Virus record (IMG/VR): IMGVR_UViG_3300025711_000009
From: a virus
DNA length: 62,813 nucleotides
Direction: 5' to 3' (one strand)
This document shows, piece after piece, positions 1-8,073 of the stretch. How positions within the stretch are numbered: position 1 is the first letter of the stretch; every line of letters begins with the position of its first letter. Made by a program: the position numbers and the translations under genes. The notes below the pieces were generated by a model. It saw only the letters and a program-made list of their open reading frames with translations, searched no databases and was not told the DNA's origin.

Positions 1-127
1 ACAAGGCCGCGCGCGCCGCCGCTTCCTACGTCCGACGCCAGCCGAGCGCCGCCTGATGGCCGCCTCCGCCCAGTCGGGCCACAGCATCATCGACCAGCCG
101 GCAACCCCCGCAGCGTGCGCCCAGGAT
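1..127. repeat. Terminal overlap copy 1 (identical to 62687-62813)
   Basis: Read directly: acaaggccgcgcgcgccgcc...gcgtgcgcccaggat occurs at both window ends. Confidence 0.95.
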
Positions 128-223
128 TTCCGGCCGCCGGCTCAGGCCGTGCAGGCCGCCGCCGACGCCCGCAACCAGATCGGCCAGCTCGGCACCGGCC
201 AGCAGCACACCCACCGCAGCTAG
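56..223 (+). CDS. Hypothetical small protein (55 aa)
   Basis: Below the ORF-track cutoff. Its ATG overlaps the stop of ORF 62563-62742 (TGATG) across the junction. Very high GC3. Confidence 0.5.
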   Translation: MAASAQSGHSIIDQPATPAACAQDFRPPAQAVQAAADARNQIGQLGTGQQHTHRS

Positions 224-262
224 CCCATCCCACCCCTCCCACCTGACCACCGAGGAGCACCC

Positions 263-463
263 ATGTTCGGCAGGAAGAGCAAGCCCACCCCCGCCTCTGC
301 TATCCCGTCCCACCCGGACGACAAGATCTACCGCCTCAAGTCCACCGGCGTACTCGTCACCATCCTCTGCCGCTACCCCGATGGGGGCATCAAGGTCGCC
401 CTCGTGGACGAGCCGTACCCGTGCGAGGACATCGTCAGCGCCGACGACATCCGCCCCGCCTGA
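263..463 (+). CDS. Hypothetical protein (66 aa)
   Basis: GAGGAG RBS upstream of the ATG; high GC3. Confidence 0.6.
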   Translation: MFGRKSKPTPASAIPSHPDDKIYRLKSTGVLVTILCRYPDGGIKVALVDEPYPCEDIVSADDIRPA

Positions 464-511
464 AACGACAGTTCAGCCCCCACCCGCCTGACCACCGGAA
501 GGACCACCGTC

Positions 512-667
512 ATGACCCACCTGACCCTGATCCAGGCCGAAACCGAGGAAGCCTGGTACGAACGCGACAACCTGCAGACCCTTAAGGCGAAGGCTGCCGA
601 GCTCGAAGCCCGCATCGAGGTCATCGAGTTCAAGCAGACCGTCTTCGACCCGCCCCAGGCCGCCTGA
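512..667 (+). CDS. Hypothetical coiled-coil protein (51 aa)
   Basis: Not in the ORF track (too short). GGAAGGA RBS; the stop shares A667 with the next ATG. Confidence 0.5.
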   Translation: MTHLTLIQAETEEAWYERDNLQTLKAKAAELEARIEVIEFKQTVFDPPQAA

Positions 668-1179
668 TGGACGTCTCCGGCTACCAGTTATCGACCCGGT
701 ACGCGTCGCTACTGGCCCGCGTCAATGAGATCGCCGACCAGGCCGCCCGACTGGTCGAGCAGCGGATGCGGGAACGAATGGTGCCCACGCGCATCATCGT
801 CGCTGCGGAGAGGCACTGCCCCGAGGCGGTGATCCGAGTGCAGCAGCAGGTCCTGGGAGTCGCCAGCCTGCCCCTGCGCGCCGAGCGAGTCGACTACCTC
901 GGGATCACGACCCTCGCTCGCGACGGTGCAGTCATCGTCCTCAACGCCAACCCTCTGGCCGGCGACACCCGCATGACCGACGAGACCGTCGTGCACGAGC
1001 TCGTGCACGCCGTCCAGTTCAGCCGGCCGGGATCGCGAGAGCTGGCGATGAAGGGCCTGCGCAACAACTACGGCGTCGAGAAGCTCACGCTGACGCGGGC
1101 CTGGAAGACCAACCGCGGCATCGACAAGGACGAGCGCGAGGCCGCAGCCCTGGAGTACCTCGCCCGTGAGATCCGCTGA
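667..1179 (+). CDS. Putative Zn-metallopeptidase-like protein (HExxH)
   Basis: 170 aa with the motif VVHELVHAVQ; coupled to the upstream ORF. Confidence 0.65.
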   Translation: MDVSGYQLSTRYASLLARVNEIADQAARLVEQRMRERMVPTRIIVAAERHCPEAVIRVQQQVLGVASLPLRAERVDYLGITTLARDGAVIVLNANPLAGDTRMTDETVVHELVHAVQFSRPGSRELAMKGLRNNYGVEKLTLTRAWKTNRGIDKDEREAAALEYLAREIR

Positions 1180-1267
1180 CCGGTAGCCCTCGCCGCCCGT
1201 CCCGCACGGGCGGCCTGGAGATCCGTCAGCACCGCCCACCCCACCCCGCCACATGAGGAGCTTCGCC

Positions 1268-1450
1268 ATGCCCTGGGTTCTGACCGTCACCAGCCAGATC
1301 GGCGCCAAGGTCAACATCGTCACCGGTGCGCCGACCGACAGCGCCACCGTCTACGACGAGGCCGACCTGCACCGACGCATCGCCGCTGCCAAGGACGACC
1401 CGCGCCAGCTCAGCATCCACGTCCAGCACGTCACCGGACCGGAGGCCTGA
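1268..1450 (+). CDS. Hypothetical protein (60 aa)
   Basis: GAGGAG RBS 7 nt before the internal ATG of track ORF 1253-1450. Confidence 0.55.
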   Translation: MPWVLTVTSQIGAKVNIVTGAPTDSATVYDEADLHRRIAAAKDDPRQLSIHVQHVTGPEA

Positions 1451-1451
1451 C

Positions 1452-1766
1452 ATGAGCGTCGACATCTCCCACGGCTCCACCCAGTGGGGCACCGAAACCC
1501 TCTCCTACAGCGCGTTCGCCAACATGGGCCGCCACCTCGCCCACGTCCTCCCGGACAGCGACTGGCGTGCGATCCGATTCCTGTTCGACCCCAAGTCCGA
1601 CATCGTCGGACTGGTCAGCCCCCAGCAGGCCGGAGCCATCGCCGACGTCTTCGCCAAGGCCGCCCAGCACCCGAAGATGCCCCACGACTGGGCGAACACC
1701 GTCCGCCGGTGGGCTGCCGCCGGCTACCGCGCCCACGCGGCCGGCGAACCGTGGAGCTGGTCATGA
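1452..1766 (+). CDS. Hypothetical protein (104 aa)
   Basis: ATG lies 1 nt after the previous stop; high GC3. Confidence 0.65.
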   Translation: MSVDISHGSTQWGTETLSYSAFANMGRHLAHVLPDSDWRAIRFLFDPKSDIVGLVSPQQAGAIADVFAKAAQHPKMPHDWANTVRRWAAAGYRAHAAGEPWSWS

Positions 1767-1972
1767 GCGCCGCGATCGCCGCGACGACCAGGGCCCGCAG
1801 CCTCCTCGCTTTCATCGGGGTGCTGTCGATCCTCGGCCTCAACTGGACGGCCACCACCCGCATCGTCGTCGGTCTCGCCCTCGCCGTAGCCATCGCCCTG
1901 GAGATCAGCGGCGACGGCCACCGCATCTGGCCCCGCCACCTTCGCCCCACCCGCTACGACAAAGCCGCCTAA
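1763..1972 (+). CDS. Small 2-TM membrane protein (Spd-like?)
   Basis: ATGA overlap with the upstream stop. Hydrophobic stretches: LLAFIGVLSILGL and IVVGLALAVAIAL. Confidence 0.7.
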   Translation: MSAAIAATTRARSLLAFIGVLSILGLNWTATTRIVVGLALAVAIALEISGDGHRIWPRHLRPTRYDKAA

Positions 1973-1999
1973 CCCCACCCGACAGAGAGGAACAAGACC

Positions 2000-3532
2000 G
2001 TGACCAGCGACCACCGTTCCTGGCAGGAACGCGACGCGGAAGCCGAGCTGATCCGGGTCAAGACAGCGAACGTGGCCGCCAGCGCGGACGCGGACCGGCG
2101 CCGCCGGGAGGCCCTCGACGCCCCGAAGATTGAAGCCGCCCTGGCCAGGGCCGCGGAGATCCGGCGAGAGGCCGCCGCGAAGGCCGAGGCTGAGGAGAAG
2201 GCCAAGGCCGAAGAGAAGGAAGCCGCCGCTAAGGCCCGCGCCGAAGCGCTCGCCGCCGCGAAGGCTGAAGCCGAACGCCAGGCCGAGATCGCCCGCCGTG
2301 ACGCACGGGCCGCCAAGGCAGTGAACATCGCCGTGGTCGCCGCCCTGCTCGTGGCCCTGCCGCTGCAGCTCCGCACCTTCTGGAACCCCGACCGCTGGTG
2401 GGAAGTCGCCGTACCGTTCGTCCTCGAAGGCCTCGCCTGGGTGTTCATCCGCCTCGCCGAAGCTGCCATCCCCGCCCGCCGCATGGTGTGGCACTACATC
2501 GTCGGAGTGTTCGCCTGCTCCGCGTTCGCCGCGACGGTGAACGCCCTGGACGGGTTCATGCACGACGACATCGGCCCGATCTTCGGCATCGTCGGCGGCG
2601 TCTGCTCCATCGCCGGCCCCGGAATCAAGGTCGTGCACGAGTTCGCCGCCCGAGCCAAGGCCGGCAAGGCGACCTGGACGGAGAAGAAGATCGCCGAGGC
2701 CAACGCCGCCCAAGCGGCGGCCGAGGCTGAGGTCCGTAAGGCCGAGCTGGCCGCCCAGACCGAAGCTAAGCGCCGTGAGGCCGACGCCCGCCAGAAGGCC
2801 GAAGCGGACAAGCGCGCCGCCCACGAAGCGAAGGTCGCCGCAGACAAGGCCGCCGCCGAGGCCGCCCTTGCCGCCCAGGACGAGCAGCGCAAGAACCTCT
2901 ACCCAGGAGCCTGGCAGCAGTATGAGCTGATCCTCGCCGCCAACCCGCTCGGGTCCATCAGCCGGGACCGCGCCTGGGACGAGGCCCGCCGAGCCGCCGA
3001 TCACCCGGACGTCTGGGACCACTACCGGGTCTTGGTCCTGAACACCGTCAACGTCAAGGCGGCCGACCTGTGGGCCGACGCCTGGGCGACAGTGAAAGGG
3101 CTCCCCGTCGGTCAGACGATCGAGTCTCTGGCCGCAAAGCTGGCGGCTCGGGAGTACGTGAACCAGACCTTGGCCGAGCACATGGACGCCGCCGGATACC
3201 TGGCCGTGGAGGAACTCCTGGCGGGGATCTTCGGGGGTGGCGGCGGCGACGGCGGAACCCCCGCGAAGGGGGGGCCGAAGAAGCCTCGCGGCGGTCCATC
3301 CGAGGGCGCTGCAGGCCTTGTGAGCATTGGGCAGGAGGGGGATACGGCCCCGCGCTACAAGGACGTCGTAGAGCCCCTCTCTGAGGCCGACCTGAAGGCC
3401 GCCCGCGAGCTCCACGACGCCGACCCGGACGGCTTCTCCACCCCGGCAGTCCAGAAGCTGCTCGGTCGCTCCAGCCGCTACTCGAAGCGCGTTCGAGACG
3501 CCATCACGAACCCGAAGGAGGTAGACCAGTGA
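2000..3532 (+). CDS. Membrane protein with multi-TM core flanked by Ala/Glu/Lys coiled coils (DUF2637/spread-protein-like)
   Basis: 510 aa. KAEAEEKAKAEEKEAAAKA-type repeats lie on both sides of the hydrophobic core WWEVAVPFVLEGLAWVFIRLAEAAI...GIVGGVCSIAGPG. Sits directly upstream of the FtsK-like gene. Confidence 0.8.
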   Translation: MTSDHRSWQERDAEAELIRVKTANVAASADADRRRREALDAPKIEAALARAAEIRREAAAKAEAEEKAKAEEKEAAAKARAEALAAAKAEAERQAEIARRDARAAKAVNIAVVAALLVALPLQLRTFWNPDRWWEVAVPFVLEGLAWVFIRLAEAAIPARRMVWHYIVGVFACSAFAATVNALDGFMHDDIGPIFGIVGGVCSIAGPGIKVVHEFAARAKAGKATWTEKKIAEANAAQAAAEAEVRKAELAAQTEAKRREADARQKAEADKRAAHEAKVAADKAAAEAALAAQDEQRKNLYPGAWQQYELILAANPLGSISRDRAWDEARRAADHPDVWDHYRVLVLNTVNVKAADLWADAWATVKGLPVGQTIESLAAKLAAREYVNQTLAEHMDAAGYLAVEELLAGIFGGGGGDGGTPAKGGPKKPRGGPSEGAAGLVSIGQEGDTAPRYKDVVEPLSEADLKAARELHDADPDGFSTPAVQKLLGRSSRYSKRVRDAITNPKEVDQ

Positions 3533-5544
3533 GCACCGCCCCCGAGTACCCGCGGCTGCAGCTCGTCAAAGAACAGCCGGCCCCCCTCGAGGGCGTCGTC
3601 ATCGAGAAGGCCAGCCGACCCGCATGGCTGGAGGCCGCAGTCGATCACGTCAAGGCGAACAGCGGCTACGCCCCGCTCGTCGGCCGCGGCTACCGGCGGC
3701 TCGGAGCCCACTGGCTCGACCGCTACCACGACGACTACCCCGCGATGATCGAGACCGCCCGGCGCGAACTCCGCGAAGCGCCCGCCGCGAAGCAGCGCGA
3801 ACTCAAGACCCTCGTCCGCGAGCAGCGGGCCGAATACCGGCGCCACAGACTCCTCCACGCCGGAGTCACCGGCGCCTGGACCTTCGCAGGCGGAGCCGGC
3901 ATCGCAGCCGGCACCCTCACCGGCGGTCTCTGGGTCGACCTCGCCGCCGGGCTCGGCGCCTACCTCTACGGCATCTGGCAGGGAGCCGGCGACGACCCGC
4001 AGCCCCCTACGATCACCACCCCCGGACCGGTCGTCCCGATCCTCGGCGGGCCGACTGGCCCCGCCGATGACGAACCCGAACTCCGACTCGCCCTCGCCCA
4101 GCTCGGCTTCCCCAACGTCACCATCATCGACAACCCGCCCACGAACCCGGACGGCACCCGCACCATCACCTTCGACCTCGGCGGCACCGGCACCGTGACT
4201 GACCTCCGCAAGAAGACCGAGGGTCTCGCCGCCGCCCTCGGCCGCGACCTCACCATGGTCGACATCGACAAAGTGCCCGGGAACGCCGGTCGAGCCAGCC
4301 TCTGGACCGCCAGCGCAGACCCCTTCGAAACGCCGCGGCCGTCCCCGTTGCTCGCCCAGCGCGGAGCCATCGACTCCTGGCGTTACGGCGTCCCCGTCGC
4401 CTACGGCAAGCGCGGCAACACGATCAACCTGCCGCTCCTCAACCAGAACTTCGTCATCGCAGGGAAGACCAGGTCAGGCAAGGGAGTCGGCGCCTCCAAC
4501 CTCGCTGTCGGCACGGCCATGGACCCGTGGGTCAACCTCCGAATCGTCGCCGGAAAGGAGAACGGCGAGTGGGACGCCTACGCCAAGGCGGGCGTCGCCG
4601 CGACCTACTTCAAGCCCAACCCCGAACGACTCCTCGCCCTCCTGCAGGCGCTGCTTGCCGACAAGAAGCGCCGGGAGCGAGAGCTCGGCAAGCTCGGCAA
4701 GTCCAAGCTCATCCACGACCTTCGCCCGCAGATCGGCGGAGTCGAACTGCTGATCATCGACGAGCTTGCGACGTACACCCGGCCCGGGAAGCCGCTGCGC
4801 GACGAGATCCTCGAAGCCCTCATCGAGTACTCCGCCGTTGCCGCAGCAGCAGGAGAGCTCTGCGCCCTCATCACGCAGTACCCCGAGGTCGACGTCGTCC
4901 CGCAGGCCCTGAGCATGAACTGCGGCGGCAAATGGGCCATGCTCGTCGAGAACGCCACCCAGTCCAACGCCATCCTCGGAGCCGGTCAGGCCGGCGCCGG
5001 ACGGGACGCCTCGAAGTTCGACCCACCCCGGCCGGGACTGGGCTGGCTGGTCAACCCGTTCGCCGGGATCACCGACCTGGCCCGCTCCTTCGACCTGGAC
5101 GAAGACGAGCGCGGCGAGATCAGCCTGCTGATGCAGCGGGCAGCGGAGCAGCGGAGCATGCTCGGCCGTCTGTCCGGCCAGTGGGACGACCCGATCGAGA
5201 AGCACCTGCTGAACGCGACCGGCCTGTCCTCGGCCGCCGGCGGTCCGAAGAACGACGGCGTGCCCGGCCGTTCCGTCACGCAGCTGACGGGTGAGCAGCG
5301 GCTCCAGCTCGACGCCCTGCGTGGGGCGCTGGCCGCCATGGACCAGCTCGGCCGGGATGTCGCCACCCTCGACGAGATGACGGAAATCATCGGGGGCGGC
5401 ATGACCCGGGACCGGCTGAGCGAGCTGTTGCGCGCTGGAGGGGCGGGCGGCGCCGACAAGGTGAAGATCGACGACAAGTGGACCCGCGGCGGCTACCAGC
5501 GGGCCGACATCGCGGATGCCGAGAGGTTCCTGAGCGGATCCTGA
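3529..5544 (+). CDS. traB: FtsK/SpoIIIE-family dsDNA translocase, TraB-like
   Basis: 671 aa. N-terminal hydrophobic segment, Walker A FVIAGKTRSGKGVGASN, Walker B ELLIIDEL. GTGA overlap with the upstream gene. Confidence 0.9.
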   Translation: MSTAPEYPRLQLVKEQPAPLEGVVIEKASRPAWLEAAVDHVKANSGYAPLVGRGYRRLGAHWLDRYHDDYPAMIETARRELREAPAAKQRELKTLVREQRAEYRRHRLLHAGVTGAWTFAGGAGIAAGTLTGGLWVDLAAGLGAYLYGIWQGAGDDPQPPTITTPGPVVPILGGPTGPADDEPELRLALAQLGFPNVTIIDNPPTNPDGTRTITFDLGGTGTVTDLRKKTEGLAAALGRDLTMVDIDKVPGNAGRASLWTASADPFETPRPSPLLAQRGAIDSWRYGVPVAYGKRGNTINLPLLNQNFVIAGKTRSGKGVGASNLAVGTAMDPWVNLRIVAGKENGEWDAYAKAGVAATYFKPNPERLLALLQALLADKKRRERELGKLGKSKLIHDLRPQIGGVELLIIDELATYTRPGKPLRDEILEALIEYSAVAAAAGELCALITQYPEVDVVPQALSMNCGGKWAMLVENATQSNAILGAGQAGAGRDASKFDPPRPGLGWLVNPFAGITDLARSFDLDEDERGEISLLMQRAAEQRSMLGRLSGQWDDPIEKHLLNATGLSSAAGGPKNDGVPGRSVTQLTGEQRLQLDALRGALAAMDQLGRDVATLDEMTEIIGGGMTRDRLSELLRAGGAGGADKVKIDDKWTRGGYQRADIADAERFLSGS

Positions 5545-5705
5545 CCCCGGAAACCGGACCGTTTTGCCCGGAACGCCCCCCGGAAAGAGGGCGGAAACCC
5601 CCCGGAAAGCACCCGGAACGTTGCCGGGCCAGCCCTAGGCGTTCCGCTGCCATTCCGGGGGACATACCACCGCAAACCGCATGCATGCCGGGCCGATTCC
5701 GGCCC
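5543..5705. repeat. Array of CCCGGAA-type 7-9 bp repeats immediately 3' of traB-like gene (clt-like)
   Basis: Forward copies: GACCCCGGAAA, GCCCGGAAC, CCCCCGGAAAG, GGCGGAAAC, CCCCCGGAAAG, ACCCGGAAC. Inverted copies: GTTCCG, ATTCCGGGGG, ATTCCGGCCC. Confidence 0.75.
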
Positions 5706-5737
5706 GCAAACCACCACAAACCGCATTGGAGCTCACC

Positions 5738-5986
5738 ATGGGCAAGATCTGGAGCATCCAGACTCCGGGAGACGTCAAGGCCCTCGAGCGCTGGGCCCGG
5801 CCAGGCAAATCCGTCTGGGTCATCCGCGAGCAGGCACCCGGCTCCCCGTTCGGGCCATGGACCTGCGATCAGCGCCTCTGTACCGGCTACGGCTTCTTCG
5901 GCAAGCCCTCCTTCGAGGGCGACTCCGCAAAGAGCCTCCTCCGCTGGTACGGCGAGCTCCACGAAGTCCCGCCCTCCCGCACGTAG
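5738..5986 (+). CDS. Hypothetical protein (82 aa)
   Basis: Internal ATG (MGKIW) of track ORF 5681-5986; high GC3. Confidence 0.6.
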   Translation: MGKIWSIQTPGDVKALERWARPGKSVWVIREQAPGSPFGPWTCDQRLCTGYGFFGKPSFEGDSAKSLLRWYGELHEVPPSRT

Positions 5987-6033
5987 ACCCCACCGCGCAA
6001 CCCACCCCAGACCCGCCATCAAAGGAGAACGTC

Positions 6034-6489
6034 ATGAGCAAGGACTACCGCGGCAAGAGCGGCGCACGGCAGCTGGAGCGCGACGCCCGAGAAGGAATGA
6101 TCGTCTACTACGTCACCGGGCACGCCACCAACCTCGCCGCCCAGTTCGAAGCCCAGACCTGGTCCGCCCTGATCTGCACCCACTACTCCCGAATGTGGCA
6201 GGCCTGGATGTTCGGCCACTACTCCGTACACGCCGGACGCCCGCTTGAAAAGAAGGGCAGCATCCAGGCCGCGAACGTCGTCCTCCAGCTCGGCAGCACG
6301 TACTGCAGCACCACCCCGCCCCTCGGCCTCCGTGAACTCGCCTCACCCGAACGCGGATGCGGCCTCCGGCCCGAGATCACTGGCGACATGTACGACTTCG
6401 AGGGCGCCACCAGCTTCGGCCACTGGAACGACCCGAACATGGCCCGCAAGGTCGACGAGCACTCCGGATGGGGGCGCGGCCGCCGATGA
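6034..6489 (+). CDS. Hypothetical protein (151 aa)
   Basis: AAAGGAG RBS 6 nt upstream of the ATG. Confidence 0.7.
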   Translation: MSKDYRGKSGARQLERDAREGMIVYYVTGHATNLAAQFEAQTWSALICTHYSRMWQAWMFGHYSVHAGRPLEKKGSIQAANVVLQLGSTYCSTTPPLGLRELASPERGCGLRPEITGDMYDFEGATSFGHWNDPNMARKVDEHSGWGRGRR

Positions 6490-6950
6490 TCGCCACCCGC
6501 ACGGCCGCCGCGACCCGCGCGGCGGCCCCGGCCCTCACCCTCGACGAGCGGCTCACCCTGAGCAGCCTGGCCATGGATGAGCGGCTCGCCGGTGCCCACG
6601 GCGGCATGGCTATCCGCACCGCTGGCATCGACACCGAGGCGCCCGAAATCCTGGCCGCACCCATGCCAGCCGCCGCCCCGAAGCCGGCCACGGTCGAGGG
6701 GGTCTTCGCCGAGGCGGCCCGCCTGATCTCCGTCCACGGCTGGATCCAGGGCTACGTTGGCCACGCAGACGTCGGCTACTGCCTCATTGGCGCCATCCGG
6801 AAAGCAGCTGGCGGCGAAGGGCCACTCGCCGACCAGGCATGCGACGCCATCTGGGACCGGATCCGGCGAGAAGCACCCGACGCCCTCTCGGCCGGCGCCT
6901 GGAACGACGCCCAGTCTGGACCAGCGCCCGTGATCCGAATGCTCGGCTGA
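6486..6950 (+). CDS. Hypothetical protein (154 aa)
   Basis: ATGA overlap with the upstream stop. Motif HGWIQGYVGHADVGYCLIGAI. Confidence 0.7.
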   Translation: MIATRTAAATRAAAPALTLDERLTLSSLAMDERLAGAHGGMAIRTAGIDTEAPEILAAPMPAAAPKPATVEGVFAEAARLISVHGWIQGYVGHADVGYCLIGAIRKAAGGEGPLADQACDAIWDRIRREAPDALSAGAWNDAQSGPAPVIRMLG

Positions 6951-7041
6951 CTGCCGCTCACCGACAGACCCAGCCCCAACATTCACCACCCAACCACCGC
7001 ACCCAACATAGACTGGCCCAGCCGCCACGGAAGGATTCCTC

Positions 7042-7515
7042 ATGCGCCCCGCACGGTTCCACCAGTTCGCAATCGACACCCTGCCCAAGGCCCCCGACGT
7101 GCAGGCAGTCGAAGACGGTGGAGAGAGCGGCCGGCCCTACAGCCTGCACGTCACATTCACCAACGGCTCCCAGGTATGGATCGGCGTCACCGGCACACTC
7201 GCCCCCGGCGACAAGTACGACATCGAGGAGCAGCCCGTCCACGGCGACGCACCATCCGAAATCCCGTACCCACCACTGTTCGACAGCGGCAACGTCACTC
7301 CCGCCACCGCCCAGGCATACCTCGCCGCCGCCACCACCAATACCGGCAACACGGAGATCCTCGCCGCCGAGCCGTACAACGACGACGACGTCCAGAACCC
7401 CGGCTTCGGGGTCACCTTCCACAACGGCGCGAAGATCTGGTGCCTGTTCACGCACACCGCCCGAGCCGGACAAGCTCGCGGCAATCGCGCCTACGACCTC
7501 CAAGGCTCGTTCTAG
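7042..7515 (+). CDS. Hypothetical protein (157 aa)
   Basis: GGAAGGA RBS; high GC3. Confidence 0.7.
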   Translation: MRPARFHQFAIDTLPKAPDVQAVEDGGESGRPYSLHVTFTNGSQVWIGVTGTLAPGDKYDIEEQPVHGDAPSEIPYPPLFDSGNVTPATAQAYLAAATTNTGNTEILAAEPYNDDDVQNPGFGVTFHNGAKIWCLFTHTARAGQARGNRAYDLQGSF

Positions 7516-7578
7516 CCCTAGCCGACCCCAACTACCCGCAGGACACTGCCCTCGCCAACCCGAGCGAGGAGGCAGCAC

Positions 7579-7740
7579 ATGCCCTGTGTCCCCGGAAACC
7601 GCTTCGACCCAGGCCAATGCAACGGCGGCTGCTCAGTATGCGGCGCTATCGTCGGCGCCGAACCCGGACAGCCCGCCGCCATGCACCAACGAGCAGGCGG
7701 CCTCGAAACCTGCCCGGGCAGCGGACAACCAGCCGTCTGA
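7579..7740 (+). CDS. Small Cys-rich protein (53 aa)
   Basis: Not in the track. GAGGAGG RBS 6 nt upstream. Six Cys residues, including CNGGCSVC. Moderate GC3. Confidence 0.4.
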   Translation: MPCVPGNRFDPGQCNGGCSVCGAIVGAEPGQPAAMHQRAGGLETCPGSGQPAV

Positions 7741-7741
7741 C

Positions 7742-7981
7742 CTACCGCTCCACCGACAGGCCCTCGCCGACCGCGGGGGCCTTCGTCATGGGCACCGCGC
7801 GAGCCAGCCAGCCGTGACCGTGCCGGTCCGTCGGCAGCATCGTCACCACCGCGCCCCGCTCCCGGCACAGCCAGTCCAGCTCCCGTCGGCACTCGGCCTC
7901 CGTCGCACACCGCACCATGAACGAGACCCTCATGGCGGCAGTCTGCCGGATCGGTGATCCCTTGACCGACCGAACCGGCAT
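7742..7981 (-). CDS. Hypothetical protein (start uncertain, 63-79 aa)
   Basis: GC3 about 90 percent when read by eye. Convergent with 7579-7740; the two stop codons are 1 nt apart. Confidence 0.6.
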   Translation of the reverse strand: MPVRSVKGSPIRQTAAMRVSFMVRCATEAECRRELDWLCRERGAVVTMLPTDRHGHGWLARAVPMTKAPAVGEGLSVER

Positions 7982-8028
7982 ATGTCACAGTGCCCTCAGC
8001 GAGCACACGTATGCCCGCCGCCGCTTCC

Positions 8029-8054
8029 AGCCCCCAGCCTCGCCGGGGGCTTTT
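8029..8054 (+). terminator. Hairpin + T-tract (terminator/attenuator-like)
   Basis: AGCCCCC-agcctcgcc-GGGGGCT followed by TTT, 20 nt before the 8074 start. Confidence 0.35.
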
Positions 8055-8073
8055 CGCATTCCAGGGGGTGGGC

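Noticed and set aside
1-127. Terminal repeat as genuine phage direct terminal repeats
   Set aside because: The length equals a common assembler k-mer, genes read through the junction, and an HNH + terS + repeat-rich cos/pac-like region lies elsewhere. I kept it as an assembly overlap, but this is testable with the reads.
1724-3415. 563-aa minus-strand ORF antisense to the DUF2637-like gene
   Set aside because: It is a typical high-GC antisense artefact: Gly/Arg/Pro/Leu-rich low-complexity translation with no RBS. The + strand ORF has coherent TM and coiled-coil architecture and is coupled to its neighbours.
6839-7957. 372-aa + strand Pro/Ser/Thr/Arg-rich ORF
   Set aside because: It is out of frame with, and overlaps, ORF 7042-7515, which has an RBS and normal composition. 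It looks like an alternate-frame artefact.
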